From positions 739,351 to 803,350 of the forward strand of contig NW_003526946.1 of assembly GCF_000181795.1 (NCBI RefSeq): DNA of 64,000 bases. The letters run 5' to 3'. The notes beneath the pieces are model-generated. The model saw only the letters and a program-made list of their open reading frames with translations. It was not told the DNA's origin and searched no databases. The position numbers were made by a program, and so were the translations under genes. The number at the start of each line of letters is the position of its first letter. Position 1 is the stretch's first letter. The stretch comes from Trichinella spiralis. Lineage: Eukaryota. Of this stretch, positions 1 through 13,150 are shown one piece after another.

Positions 1-132
1 GAAATTAAATTGAAATTTTTTTTTATAATAATGAATTTTCAATTATTATTTTTCAGCATGTTTGTATGATTATTACAAAATTTGCGATGAATATTTACAA
101 ATGGAAACAAATAGATATTTTTGTAGGCAAAT

Positions 133-1840
133 ATGGAAAAATCTGCCTTAATCTCAGAACTGAATGTAAAACCGAACATTGAGCAACCACGATGGGATCA
201 GTCGACTTATTGGGGACGGGCGAAGCATTTCTTTGCCATTACTAACCCGTTGAATTTATTCTGTTCAAATAAACAACTTCAAGAAGCGAAAGAAATTGTC
301 GAAAATTACCGGTAATCATCAAAATAATAATTTATTCATATGCAAATCTGTATATTATTTATTTTTTTCCTTTTAATGATATTTCTTTTGATAAAATTGA
401 TTTTTTATTCTTCATGAATGAGATGCAATTTAAATTTATGTATATGCTTAGTTATTAATTTGTTTTTTTCCAATACAAATGGGAATTAATAAGGAGAATT
501 TTTTTTAATTACAGTAAAGGTGAATATAGTGATCGTTTGACCACGGATGAACTGTGGAAGGCGAAGCATCTGTATGATTCAGCTTATCATCCAGATACAA
601 AGGAAAAAATGTTCATCGTCGGTCGAATGTCCGCCCAGGTTCCCATGAATATGATGATCACTGGTTGCATGTTAACGTTTTATAAGTTTGTTTGTTTTAA
701 ATTTAAATTTTATTATTAATTATTTTGTTCAAAGTTGTGTTGAAATTGTTCAATTGTGCAGGACAACCAAAGAAGTAGTCTTTTGGCAGTGGTTCAATCA
801 ATCGTTCAACGCTTTAGTGAATTACACAAACCGAAGTGGTGATAGCCCGATTCCACTTAGGTTAATTTTTACTTTTTTGAATTTACGCTTTTGCACTGAA
901 TTTATTCTTAGCCAGCTAACGTTGTCGTACATTGCTGGTACAGGAGGCGCACTTGGAACCGCATTGGGTTTGAACAGTCTAGTGAAAGTGTGCTTTGGAT
1001 TCTTCTTATTTTCTTTCATTTCAATGTAATAAAATCGCATAACGTTTAGAAAATGCCGTCCCTCATTGGCCGATTTGTTCCTTTCTTCGCCGTTGCGGCT
1101 GCCAATTGTATTAACATCCCGATGATGCGAATGCGGTAATACTGTTAAATCGTCAGTGATCATTTCTTCTAATTAAAAATAGATTACAGAGAATTGCAGT
1201 ACGGTATTCCAGTATTTGATGAAGATGGTCAAAGACTTGGCAATTCTTGTATTGCTGCCCAAAAAGCAATTCAAATGGTTACGATGAGTCGCACTATTAT
1301 GGCTATGCCTGGAATGAGTAAGTGTAACATTAACGATTTCTTTCTTTCTCAAGCTAACATCAACATTCAAATAAATTGTTTAATCATTCACATCTAAACT
1401 CATTTAATGTTGATGTATTACTATTATTAATATTATCAAAGCATACTTTGAATAACAATTGTTTAGTGTTGGCACCAATTTTGGTAGATTGGCTAGAAAG
1501 AAAACCTTGGTATCGTGTAAGTTAATTTCCAATTTCGACAATCTTGTTCATTTTGCATACCGACATTCGAACTTTTAGCCTTTCAAAATTCTCAGTGGGC
1601 CTATACAAATTGTATCCGTTGGATGTATTCTTCTATTCGCTACGCCGTTGTGTTGCGCCCTTTATCCACAGAAAAGGTGAATCTGCAGAGGGTTTCTTTT
1701 CCAAAAATTACACACACACACAAGTTGAATGAAACTTTTTTAGTTCCTTGAATATCAAGCAACTGGAACCTGAATTACGTGAACGTATTGCCAAAGACAA
1801 AGATGATGCCAAGTGGGTATATTTCAATAAAGGATTATGA
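133..1840 (+). CDS. SFXN1: Sideroflexin (mitochondrial tricarboxylate/serine carrier family), multi-exon
   Basis: Spliced exons give [76 protein letters not shown] and the C-terminal YFNKGL* (TGA 1838-1840), with GT-AG introns in consistent phase. An upstream ATG at 58 may extend the N-terminus. Exact paralog assignment is uncertain. Confidence 0.93.
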
Positions 1841-1970
1841 TTCAAATAAAATGGGAATTTTGGAAACAATCTGTCGACTGTTTTTCTTTGAATCATGCAT
1901 TGACAACTAACACACAGATCATGTAATTCTATAATTTTTTACTCGAACCGAAAAACCATAATCGAAAATT

Positions 1971-2837
<867 letters not shown>

Positions 2838-3439
2838 AATTTTTGAATTCAAACAAATATCACCAAATAATAGCAGAGCAGAAAACAACGGCAATAGTCT
2901 TACGGTAATTATACTGTAAGACAACAGGCACAAAAAGGTTTTTTGAAGTTAAGTTTTTGAAAAGAAAAAGAATTTAGAAACAAGTATCACCAAACTAATG
3001 CAAATAAATAAATATGCACATATATGATTTTCGAATATTTTAAACTACTGAGTTTCTTCGGATAATGAGAATTTTTTACAATCTGATAACTATACGGTAT
3101 GGAAAATTAGTATAAAACGAATTTTTCATAAGCAAATAATTAATTAATTAATCATTAAAGTGAAGTGAATTGCGTTATTTCATGTGCTGCATCTAGAATA
3201 AACGAAAAAATGGCAAGATATACTTAAAATATAAAACGGTGAATACAGTTTATATATATAATAAAAAATACAAAATAAAAATATGACAAAATTTTTTATA
3301 CAATAAAAATAATTTATTTGGAATGATTTTTACATCGCTTAAAAAATAAACCTATACATATTTGTTTATACTTGAATTTATTTTACTGTAGGCCTTGTCA
3401 TCATATCAGATTTTTAAGTAATTTTGTTTTGGTTGAACA

Positions 3440-4012
3440 ATGGGTCGGATTCATTATTGTGCAGAGCCCAGTAATCCTTCAAAATCATGCAAAGCCCGTG
3501 GATCCGATTTACGTGTTCATTTCAAGAATACTCGTGAAACAGCGCAAGCTATAAAGCACATGACATTAAATCGTGCTGTCCGCTTTTTGAAGAATGTAAT
3601 TGAAAAAAAAGAAATTGTTCCATTCAGAAGGTTTAACGGTGGTGTTGGTAGAAAAGCACAAGTGAAAAATTGGCGACACACTCAAGGCCGTTGGCCAGTT
3701 AAATCGGCAAACTTTTTGCTTCAACTTCTTCGTAATGCCGAAAGCAATGCTGAATACAGAGGCCTGGATACGGATCATCTTACTATCGACCATATTGTGG
3801 TGCAACAGGCTTCGAAAATGCGAAGACGTACCTACAGGGCACATGGTCGAATAAATCCTTATATGTCTTCTCCGTGTCATATTGAAGTGATTCTGACAGA
3901 GAGAGATGACGTAGTTACTAAACCAACCGAAGAAGAAACCTTTAGCAAAAAGAAGAAGGAAAGCAAAAAGAAGCAAAAACGGCAATTAGCTAGAGGTGAT
4001 TATGCCATGTGA
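3440..4012 (+). CDS. RPL17: 60S ribosomal protein L17 (uL22), intronless CDS
   Basis: 190-aa ORF with [25 protein letters not shown] and [22 protein letters not shown]. Confidence 0.98.
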   Translation: MGRIHYCAEPSNPSKSCKARGSDLRVHFKNTRETAQAIKHMTLNRAVRFLKNVIEKKEIVPFRRFNGGVGRKAQVKNWRHTQGRWPVKSANFLLQLLRNAESNAEYRGLDTDHLTIDHIVVQQASKMRRRTYRAHGRINPYMSSPCHIEVILTERDDVVTKPTEEETFSKKKKESKKKQKRQLARGDYAM

Positions 4013-4848
4013 ATTTTGATGCGCTATAAGGAAATAAAATGATTTTTCTGAGTTTTTATCTTGATTTTTGCTTTTTAAAATGTGCAACTAAGTTTTTTTG
4101 TGATGGTTACTCCGATGTTTTTGAAAATAATGTTGATCAAATAGAAATTGTTTTTCGTAATTTTTGGCAATGGAAATTTTTTGAAACAGCACGCAGTTGC
4201 AAATTCATTTTGTTCAAGTAGTTGTTTGTGAAATGTGCTATATCGAATTCTGAAAATTTATTGTAAATTGTTAAAAAGAAAGTAACTGGTTTTATATTAT
4301 TGTTAAAAAGAAAAACAGACAGTTTATAAGAACAAAAATTACATTTAATGCTCTTGAATTATATAAATCAAAAGTTATAGTAATTTACATGAATTCATGA
4401 AATGGCACAGATTAGATGATCATCAGTCAGTCTCCAACTTAGAATTACTTGTACTTTTTAAAGAATACTCGATATATATATATATCTAAGAAAAAATATA
4501 AAAATGAATGTCTGATGAAAAATACAAACTTTTTATATGCTGTATTGTCCTAAAACAATGCAAATTAATCGTTTTGATTCATGAGTGTTGCCATCGAATA
4601 GCAACTTTCCAATGTAGTTACAAAGTAATTCGATGCCTGTGAAATAAATTTATATACTTTAAGATAACAAAATGGTAGTATAAAATATTGGCTTTAAACT
4701 TAACACGTAATTTCAATACATTTATTTAATTGCACTCTAAATTACAGTATGCATAATGATATGTACTTTTTTATTTTAATACTGTATATTTTTCATGTAA
4801 CATATATTCTCGAAAGTTGTTTTCACTTTTTGAAGTTTAGAGTAAGAA

Positions 4849-7800
4849 ATGGAATTGGAAAAAGAGGACGAAATGCAGCGTCTGCTTGGTAATAGCTTCA
4901 GTTTAATCTTTCTTCTTCAAACTGAAATTTTCAGTAATTTCTCAACTTGTGCATTGCACACAGTGCAGGAGTTTTTTTAATGCATGATATTAATATTTTA
5001 CTGAGCTTGCTTGAATAAAAAAACACTTGCAAATCATAGTAAACATGTGAAAAATTATTAGTAATTAATTTTGTGCACAGAAAAACTCAGCGAAGTTGAG
5101 AAAGAACGTCATGAGCTTGCACAAAGCAATGATGCATTGAAATCTGGAATTTTGGAATTAAAGTTGAAAGAAACTACTGCTATGGTTTGTTTTAATGTTT
5201 GCTTTTTAAGTTTTTGAAATTATAAAAAAATGAAATAATTTTTCAGGTTTCCGAAAAATATGCTATGGAAAAGATGGAATGGTCCTCTGAACAGGTTCGT
5301 CATTTGAAAAAAGAACTGGCTAGTATGGAAGGGAAGCATTATGAGACGACAAAATCTTTGGTAATTTTTGAAAAAAGTTTGCTTGTATGTTTTTATTGTA
5401 TTTTTTTTTATTTTGAAGAAAGAAGAGATTGAAGCTTTGAAAGAAGAACTTCAACTGAAAGAACTTCAAGTGGAAAGTTTGCAGTCTTTGCAGTCAGCTC
5501 AGAGACAAGAAACAGCTGAGCTTCGGGCTCAACTTGAAAAAAGCAGTTCCTGTCAGGTTGTAAGTAAATTTTTAATGTACTTGATGTGTTCTTGGTAGTG
5601 TACTTTTCTTTTTCATAAATAGCAAGATGAAAAAGAGTTGAGGTGCGCAATTAAACGAGAATACAGTCAACAAATTGCTAAACTGATTCAGGTAAAATTT
5701 TGCATTATGCATGTAATGTAAAATTTTAACTGGATAATTAATTTTTGAAGCCCGCAATCAGCTCACTCAAGGAAGATATTCTTTCCTTAGTGGTCGTTTT
5801 GAATGAAATGAGCTGCTGTGTTTCAGTTATGCGTGAAGAAAAAGCAAAAGTGGATGAACTCATCAAAGAAAGTGATATATTTTTTATTTTGTTGTATAAA
5901 TATGTATATACACTTGTTGATTTATTTAAATATTTAGAGATGTGTAATACTAATAATTATTTTGAGCAGCTGGTTTTGCGGCATTCTGGCGAAATTAAGA
6001 AAAAAGGTAAGCAAAGTTGTTGCTTTTTTGTTTGTGTTGTAATTTTCAGATGTTACAGTGAATTATTATAACATTTAAATTCGAATTTCTTTTTATGCTT
6101 ATTCAATTATTCAGATCATTAGACAGATTGAGTAGAGTAATTTGAATTTGAAATGTTTGATTATAATTTGTTGTACGTTGCATTTTAGTTATGGTATTGT
6201 TTTATATAATTTATATGAAAAATAATGATTATTACACTTGTAGAGAGACTTATAGAAAGACTGAAAATGGAAAATGCAAGTTTGTTAAGTGAAGTTGAAG
6301 CGAAAACCAGAGGTAGGAGAGCAGATTTTGGAGTGGTTGATTCATTCTTACAAAACGTGATGTTTCAGTTTCATTGACCAACGAACAGATAATCGAGTTG
6401 GTGCCAAACGTTTCAGGGTTGATTTCCTCACTTGATCCTTATGTTTCACTTAGTCAATTTTTTGAAAAATATCTTCAATTAGCAGCTGAAAAAAAGGAAG
6501 TTTCAGTTAAAGTGAGATTTTTGGAAAATCAACTGAAAAATTTACTCGAGGTAACTTTTCATATTGTTATTTTTGCATTATTTTATATTGTTCTGTTGCA
6601 TTTTGTTTTGTTTTGTTTGTTCAATTCGTGCAAATTAATTGGAACAATTTTTAAGTTAGCAGCTGAATGGCAGCCGAAAATTGAAAGGCAGACGAATCGT
6701 TTAGAGGAGATGAAATTAGCATATGCGCGATCTTCTGCACTTGTGGAACAGCTGAAACATGAGCTGGCAAATTTGCCCTACGAATACGACGTGAAGATTA
6801 TGGAATTAAACAGCACTAAAGCAAAACTGGAAGACTGTATTCAAGAAAATACTGATCTTAAAATTGTGGTAAATAAAATTACGTTTCCGTTCAATGCGAT
6901 GGATGAAAGATTTTGTCAGTTTTCTTTCAGGTTTCTAATTTTTTGAAAGAAGATGCCAGAAACAGCCGCTCAACTGAAGAAATTGATTTTGAACCATATT
7001 CGTAATAAATTTGTTTAGTTCTTATATATATATATATATATATATGCATCGCGTTTTTTTGCAGCAGTGTAGAAGAATTGATTAAGCAGAATCATCGTTT
7101 GATGAACATGCTTCGATTGGCATATAAGGAACGGAAAGAGGCTGTCAATTTGGCGGTAGAGGTGCAGTGTGGTGAGGTGAAACGAAGCCTTGAGGACCAA
7201 AGTCAGCAGCTGAAATTGGAAAAGGAGATCAACGCGAAATTGGGTACCGTGATCCGACGCCTCCGCGACGATCTACAACGAAGCCAAGCCCAAGTGCACG
7301 ACTTGGTCGCCGTTGCCAATGTGCGCAGTCAGCTGGACAAAGCCTCTGCATGTGTGGTCGAGTTCGAGGACGAGTCGAATTCGACCGTCCAGGCACTACG
7401 CCAACAGGTTCAACTGTTGACTGTTGAGTTGGAACAGTTGCGAAAATCATCAGTTCTTGAAAAACAGCAACATGCAGATGTAGATGCTCAGCAGATGGAA
7501 CGTCGGACAATGCCGCCAGTCGAGGTGCAAGCCGGATTGGAAAGGGCCAGACGACTGGGTGCCGAGGCGATTGCGGGTGCGGTGCAGTGGCGTGAGAAAC
7601 GGATGATGAGCGAGTTGATGGATATTCGTCGACGTTGGGCGAAGGATGTGCGCAGAGGGATGTGGAAGGATGAAAAGGCGCGGCGTCTGCGTTCACGGGT
7701 GCGGCGTCTGAAGGCAGAATGCCGGGCAGCGCACAGTCGTCTACGGTTGTTGGCTGAAGCGGATGCGCTGCGCGATCGGATGGAAGTGAGCCGCGTCAAC

Positions 7801-9490
7801 GCGAGCGCGGCCTCGTTGACCGAGCTAACCGGCGCCCTGAGGAAAGCTCTGTTGGAACGAGATCGTCTCCGGTTGCGCGAGTACGGCCTGAAACGGGAAA
7901 TGAAGGACGCGATTCAGGAGAACCAGTGGCGGCAAGAGGCGGAAAAGCTGGCCTCGCAGCACGAAGTCACCAGACGTTTTATCCGGGAGATGTCAGAGAA
8001 GCTGTTGAATACGAAGCGTCGTAACGAGGAACTCTGCAAACAGCTCGATGCGGTTGAAGAGTCAAAATTACGTTGCCAACAATTGGAAGCCGAATTGATC
8101 AACTTGCGTGCAGAATTTAAGCGTAGAAACGAAATAATGGAACAAGAGAAGCAACAGGAACAGCAAGAACAACAGCAACAGGAACAAGAACAGCAACGGC
8201 AGGACAAAGAGCAAGAGAACACGGATTTGCCAGCTAATGTGAGAAAGTTGCAGCAGACAGCGTTGAGATTGAAGCAGCAACTGTCGGCGAAAGAGATCGA
8301 GATTGAACAGACGAGCCAAGCTTTGGAACAAGCCGGTCGTGAGGTCCATGTAATGCTTTGCCACATGGGCGTGAACGATTCCGACGTCTCGTCCACTGGG
8401 CAGACGACTGTGCAGCAGTTGGCTGTGGCGTTGACAAAATTGCGCGAACGCATGTTGCATCGGCATGGAAGTGAATCGGTACCGGCGTCGACTCCGACGG
8501 ACAGAAGTTCTGCAGAAATCCCGACAGTGCCAACTTCAGCCGGACCGTTGGCCGTTGGACGCGCGGCGCCGGTACAGCTGGTCTGCGCTTTGCCCACGGT
8601 CAGGCAGGTGGTGACGCCCAAGCCGCCGCCCACGGTCGCCAGCATCCGACCGTTGGATCCGCGCACCGACCACGCCATCTCTGATCCAACTGAACAAGCT
8701 GACGTCGAACAGCAGCGCTCACCCGCCAACAGCCACACCCAGCTCTTGGCGACTTGTCGAGCCGAAATTTCCGTCGGAACTAACACAAGCAGCACCTCTT
8801 CCACGTCGGTTTCGTCGTCGACGGTGGACAACGGCGCAGACGGTGCCGGAACTGTTCCAACGCACGGTATTGGCTCACCGTGTTCTCCGTCATCACTGGT
8901 TACCACAACTGCCGACGACGAATTTCAGCCGGCGGTGAAACGAGCACAACTGAACGCGATGATGACTCAGTGCCAAGCAGTTGGATCCAGTTTCGAAGAA
9001 ATTATCCAACCACTGGTGGAACAGTCTGCTGACGACATAGCAGAAGAACCACAAAGTACAATCAGTCAAATTGACGATTTACAGTCGGTCGAAAACAGCT
9101 CCAGTGCTAATATATGTATGTTATATATATATATACACAGTTTGTGCATAGCAGTGTATATCGTTTGTTTCAGCAATGGAAAGTACAAAAGACAATAGTG
9201 ACAGTTCTGTAACAAATGAAAAATCCCCATCTTTGAATGTGCAGCTAGGCAGCAGTGAAGCCAGCGAACCAGCAGTGTCCGGTACTGCCGATCCGCAGAT
9301 ACAGCCCACAGACAAGCCGAATCGAACAATTTCCAGGCAGCCTATTGTCTGGACAGACCCCGCTTCTCCTGCCGCATCCCAAGACGTTAAGCAGAAAATC
9401 CCGCAAGTAGCTTTCAGAGGTGCAGTGCGTAGGGGTCAAGTTGTCACTCGCCGATCATTGCGTGGTCGACGTGGAAGGGCAAACTTTTAA
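4849..9490 (+). CDS. TPR: Nuclear basket coiled-coil protein, TPR/Megator/Mlp-like, multi-exon
   Basis: Long coiled-coil N-terminal half followed by a disordered S/T/P-rich tail. SVEELIKQNHRLMNMLR resembles TPR IEELQxQNQRLL, PTVASIRP resembles the TPR ASIRP motif, and the protein ends in RQPIVW plus an RG-rich tail. Large exon ~7065-9115, last exon 9174-9490. Start ATG 4849 is inferred. Confidence 0.72.
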
Positions 9491-9714
9491 ATTCAAGCTC
9501 ACCCATAAAATTGCTTCATGTGTAAGTTTTCTTTTCACATATCATTTAGCATTCATCGATGAAACAGTATATTAATTTCAGTTATTTTATACTCAATGGA
9601 AAATAATGTGAATTGATTTTTTTGATCTGTCACTAAATGAGCAATAAATTGTTTGAATTTGAGAACATTGGGAAAGAATTTTAGAAAATAACAAACTTTG
9701 ATCAGTAAGATTTG

Positions 9715-12092
9715 TTAATTTTTAGATTGGTTTTTGTGCTTTTCAATAATTTCTGTTGTTGTGTTGAACTGCTGATTCCAATTGCGATACCAGCATCGAA
9801 TTGTTTGCAACCGTGGCGCAGTCAACTTGTACTCTTTGATTTCTGTTTTGTGATTTTGGCAAAACTTTTTTTTCGCTTTTGTCGGAGAAATCATTTTTCC
9901 ATAATAAGTGAAAAATTCATTTTTAACCTAAAATTGGAACATTGTTATAGATGTGAATTTGAAATGACAAAAATTAAATTTCAAATGTTTGTCGTTTACC
10001 ACATGTATAGGTGCAGTCGCAGGTACTTCGTTATGATTGTGCACGAAATGTATGTCCACTTCACTTATCATGCCTATATATATATATTATAATTTAAGAC
10101 AAAAAATGAAAAAGAGTAATTGTTACCAATTTTTCTGTGCATATCATGATTGTTGTCTGATGGAAGCATTACATCTATTACAGCTTTGCAATTTGTTCGC
10201 AGAAATTTTCCTTTATTAGCTCTTTTATTGCGATAAATTCTGTTCATCTGGCATACGAATCGTTCACTGTACGCGTATCGTTCAGTATTTTTGTAAACTC
10301 GTTGTGAATGATATATGGTATCTGTGAGCCTGAAAGAGAAGAACATGATATATCTTTCAATTCGGACGTTTTTCTTTTGAATTGTACAATTGAAATTCTG
10401 TCAGCCATTCTTTCAGCGAAATTGGCGTGTTCGCTTTCAGTCGTATCTTGGCATCGAAAGAATGTTCGTCGTGAATTCTGTATTTCACCACGTGATAATC
10501 AGAAATTTTTGGCAACGCTGACCTTAGTTGTTCTGGTAAATCATTTCTGTGAAAAGCGAATACAACTTTGCATAACATTTTGAAATTATACGTGGGAAAT
10601 TCATACTTACTTTGCAAAGTGAAAGTAGATCAACTCGCTGACGATATTGCAACCTCTCATACTCTTACGTGGTTTTTTCATTTTGCTGTGAACATTTGAA
10701 ATATCAAAAAACGCGATAAGAATCAAAAATTGAATTAATTATATTCAAAACGAATGAACAAAAAAGAAATTTAATTTTTTTTCTTATAAAAAGAAATTCT
10801 ATATTTACGAATTGTTTGTCTCATTTTCGTCGTCATCGCTGGAAGAAGTGGATGCGGATTCTGTTGTGGGTGAAAGTTGGTTTTCATTTCTTAAAAATAA
10901 TACATATATATTAAAATTATTCGAAAAGTAATACGGTTTCACATTCTCAGTGTTCAATATTGACAACATTGCGTACAAATTTATGTTCTTATATCCTTAT
11001 AAATTTAATTTTATAGTTCAGAATTTGATTTATTCTTTAAAAAAATTTTTTCTCTCAGCAATATTGAAATAAATGTTTAGGGTAAAAAAACAGAAAAATA
11101 ATATTGCTTCATTGTAGGAAAGTTGTTCAACTGTTTGGGATAGCAACCGTTGCATTCTTGCATTTATTACGCAGTTACTTTTACTATTTCTAGCAACTCT
11201 GTCGTAGTATATTTTTGAAATAAATTGAACAATTGTTTAGAGATGTAGAAAATCCGTTAAGCTTAAATAAAAAAGAGAAAATGAATAGCATACAATGTTG
11301 GTGGAGGTGGAGTTGTTTGTTGACTTGCATCAAGAAGTTGAGGTGGTCGTTTGATTGGATAATTATTGGACGTGAAAGTTGTCGACTTTTCAAATCTAAA
11401 TTTTGAATTGTGTAAAATTTATTTGAAAGAAGAAAACGCTTACGGATGGTCTGCTTCCCTGATTGAATAAAGATTTGGAGCCAAATTGTGAGCATTGTTG
11501 CATTTTATTGTTCTGAAATTTTCAATGTTCACAACGCATTACAAATTAGCATAAGCATAAATGAACGTACAAATGTCGCACTTACAAAGGAACTCTGGGT
11601 GAAATGCCAACTAGTCGATTACTATATGGACGAATTCGCATCAGATTGTTAATTTCACTGAATTATGTGGAAGAAATTGAGAAACAATTCTGAACAGAAG
11701 AATTTTCATACTCACCTTCTCGTTCCACGACGGTACGTATTTGAAAGTAAAACTTCACCAATTGCATTTTGACAATATAAATTTCCCTTTCTAAAAGAAT
11801 TATAATTCCCATTGTTTCTAAGAAGACTGCTGCTATTGGTGTTAACATGGCAAAAAGTTGGTTTGTTCACAGCAACATATCTAACATTATTCTGGCCGAG
11901 AATAGAGACATTTGGAAACGGATTCCTATTAATAATCATAATCATAACAATAATGTTGATCATTGTTTGATAAATGAAACAAAGAAAGATGAATATTATT
12001 TACCGAATCATTGTTAGCTGTTGCGGAAAATTTGGTCTCGTCAATGAACTTGATGCGAAGCGACCAGATGAATATTGCCCATTGTGTATCAT
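9715..12092 (-). CDS. Multi-exon gene with a low-complexity N-terminus and a C-terminal FAR1/WRKY-GCM-like (MULE transposase-type) zinc-binding domain
   Basis: In-frame splicing of minus-strand exons gives KEWLTEFQLLTDTIY...RFVCQMNR...RTNCKAVIDV...HFVHNH...VKNEFFTYYGKMISPTKAK...PRLQTIRCWYRNW...KN* (stop 9715-9717). Start ATG 12090-12092 (MIHNGQYSSG) is inferred. Confidence 0.65.
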
Positions 12093-12552
12093 GATGAATG
12101 GAAGCCGTAAGAGCAGAAACCGACCGTCGACAGTAACCGTTTAAACCCAATACTGACCAAAGAAACAATTGCCGCCTTGGCGTTATTCTATTAGTTTAAT
12201 CTTTAAAAATGCAGACTTGCGCATCACTTTCAATTTTAAAATTTCACAGGCAAAATTCAAAAATGTATTTATTTTTGAAAAATAATATATACATATATGA
12301 ACTTTTTTTGTATGAAATTTAATCCAATTTTATTAATTAAATTCAAAAAAAACTATTTAAAGATATTATTTAACCGAACATTTATTTATTCCATCACATG
12401 ATGATGCTGATGAAGTAAGTTATGATGATCGATTTACTTTGTCTGCTAGAAAAAAAAATTTAAGACAAATTTTATAAAGCAAAAGTTATATGCAAATTAA
12501 AAAAATTGAAATTTATACAGCTGCTGGTCGAAAATTCCATTCGAAAATTCTG

Positions 12553-12582
12553 ATTGGCTACTTTTCTCGCAATGTCTATTGG
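12553..12582. promoter_or_regulatory. Pair of inverted CCAAT boxes in the divergent intergenic region
   Basis: TGATTGGCT (ATTGG 12553-12557) and CTATTGGCT (ATTGG 12578-12582), 25 bp apart, between the divergent starts at 12092 and 13151. Confidence 0.4.
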
Positions 12583-13150
12583 CTGAAAATTATTTTTCTG
12601 TAAATCGATTTTTCCAGCACACTTCGAGCAAGAATTAAAAATTTCTGTGTTCTTATTCGCAGTTTTTTGAATTCTATTTTATCCGAACTGCCAAAAACTG
12701 TTCCAGCCTGAGGTCAAAAGATCAAATTGGAGTTAATATATCGTTCATGTTGTAATATTTTTTTATAGCGGCCTTTCAAAGTTGGATTGCTTAAGTAAAT
12801 TTGGAGTTATTTTGCAAATTACACTGACGCAGTTGCTTTCTACAATGAAATTCCACACCCAAAAAACAAAAGCGAAAAACAACCAATGAGAATTGTAAAG
12901 AATTTTACTAGGGAACGAAATTAAATAAACAACAATGGCAATTTTTCTATTGACTATAAATAATTATAATTTAATACATATTGTGTAAATATGCATTATT
13001 CGAATGTGTATAATATTACTTATTTAAATTTTAGTAAGTCAATATGACATACGGTAATATTACGGTAAAGTAAAATAGATAATCATGTTTGATCACAGTA
13101 AGAATGTTGTTTCTATCAACTTGCTGATGTGTGTTGGCTTAGTTTAAGAG

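Noticed and set aside
7229..8906. Long antisense ORFs over the TPR large exon (e.g. 330 aa at 7914-8906)
   Set aside because: Shadow frames of a GC-rich coding exon with no recognisable domain.
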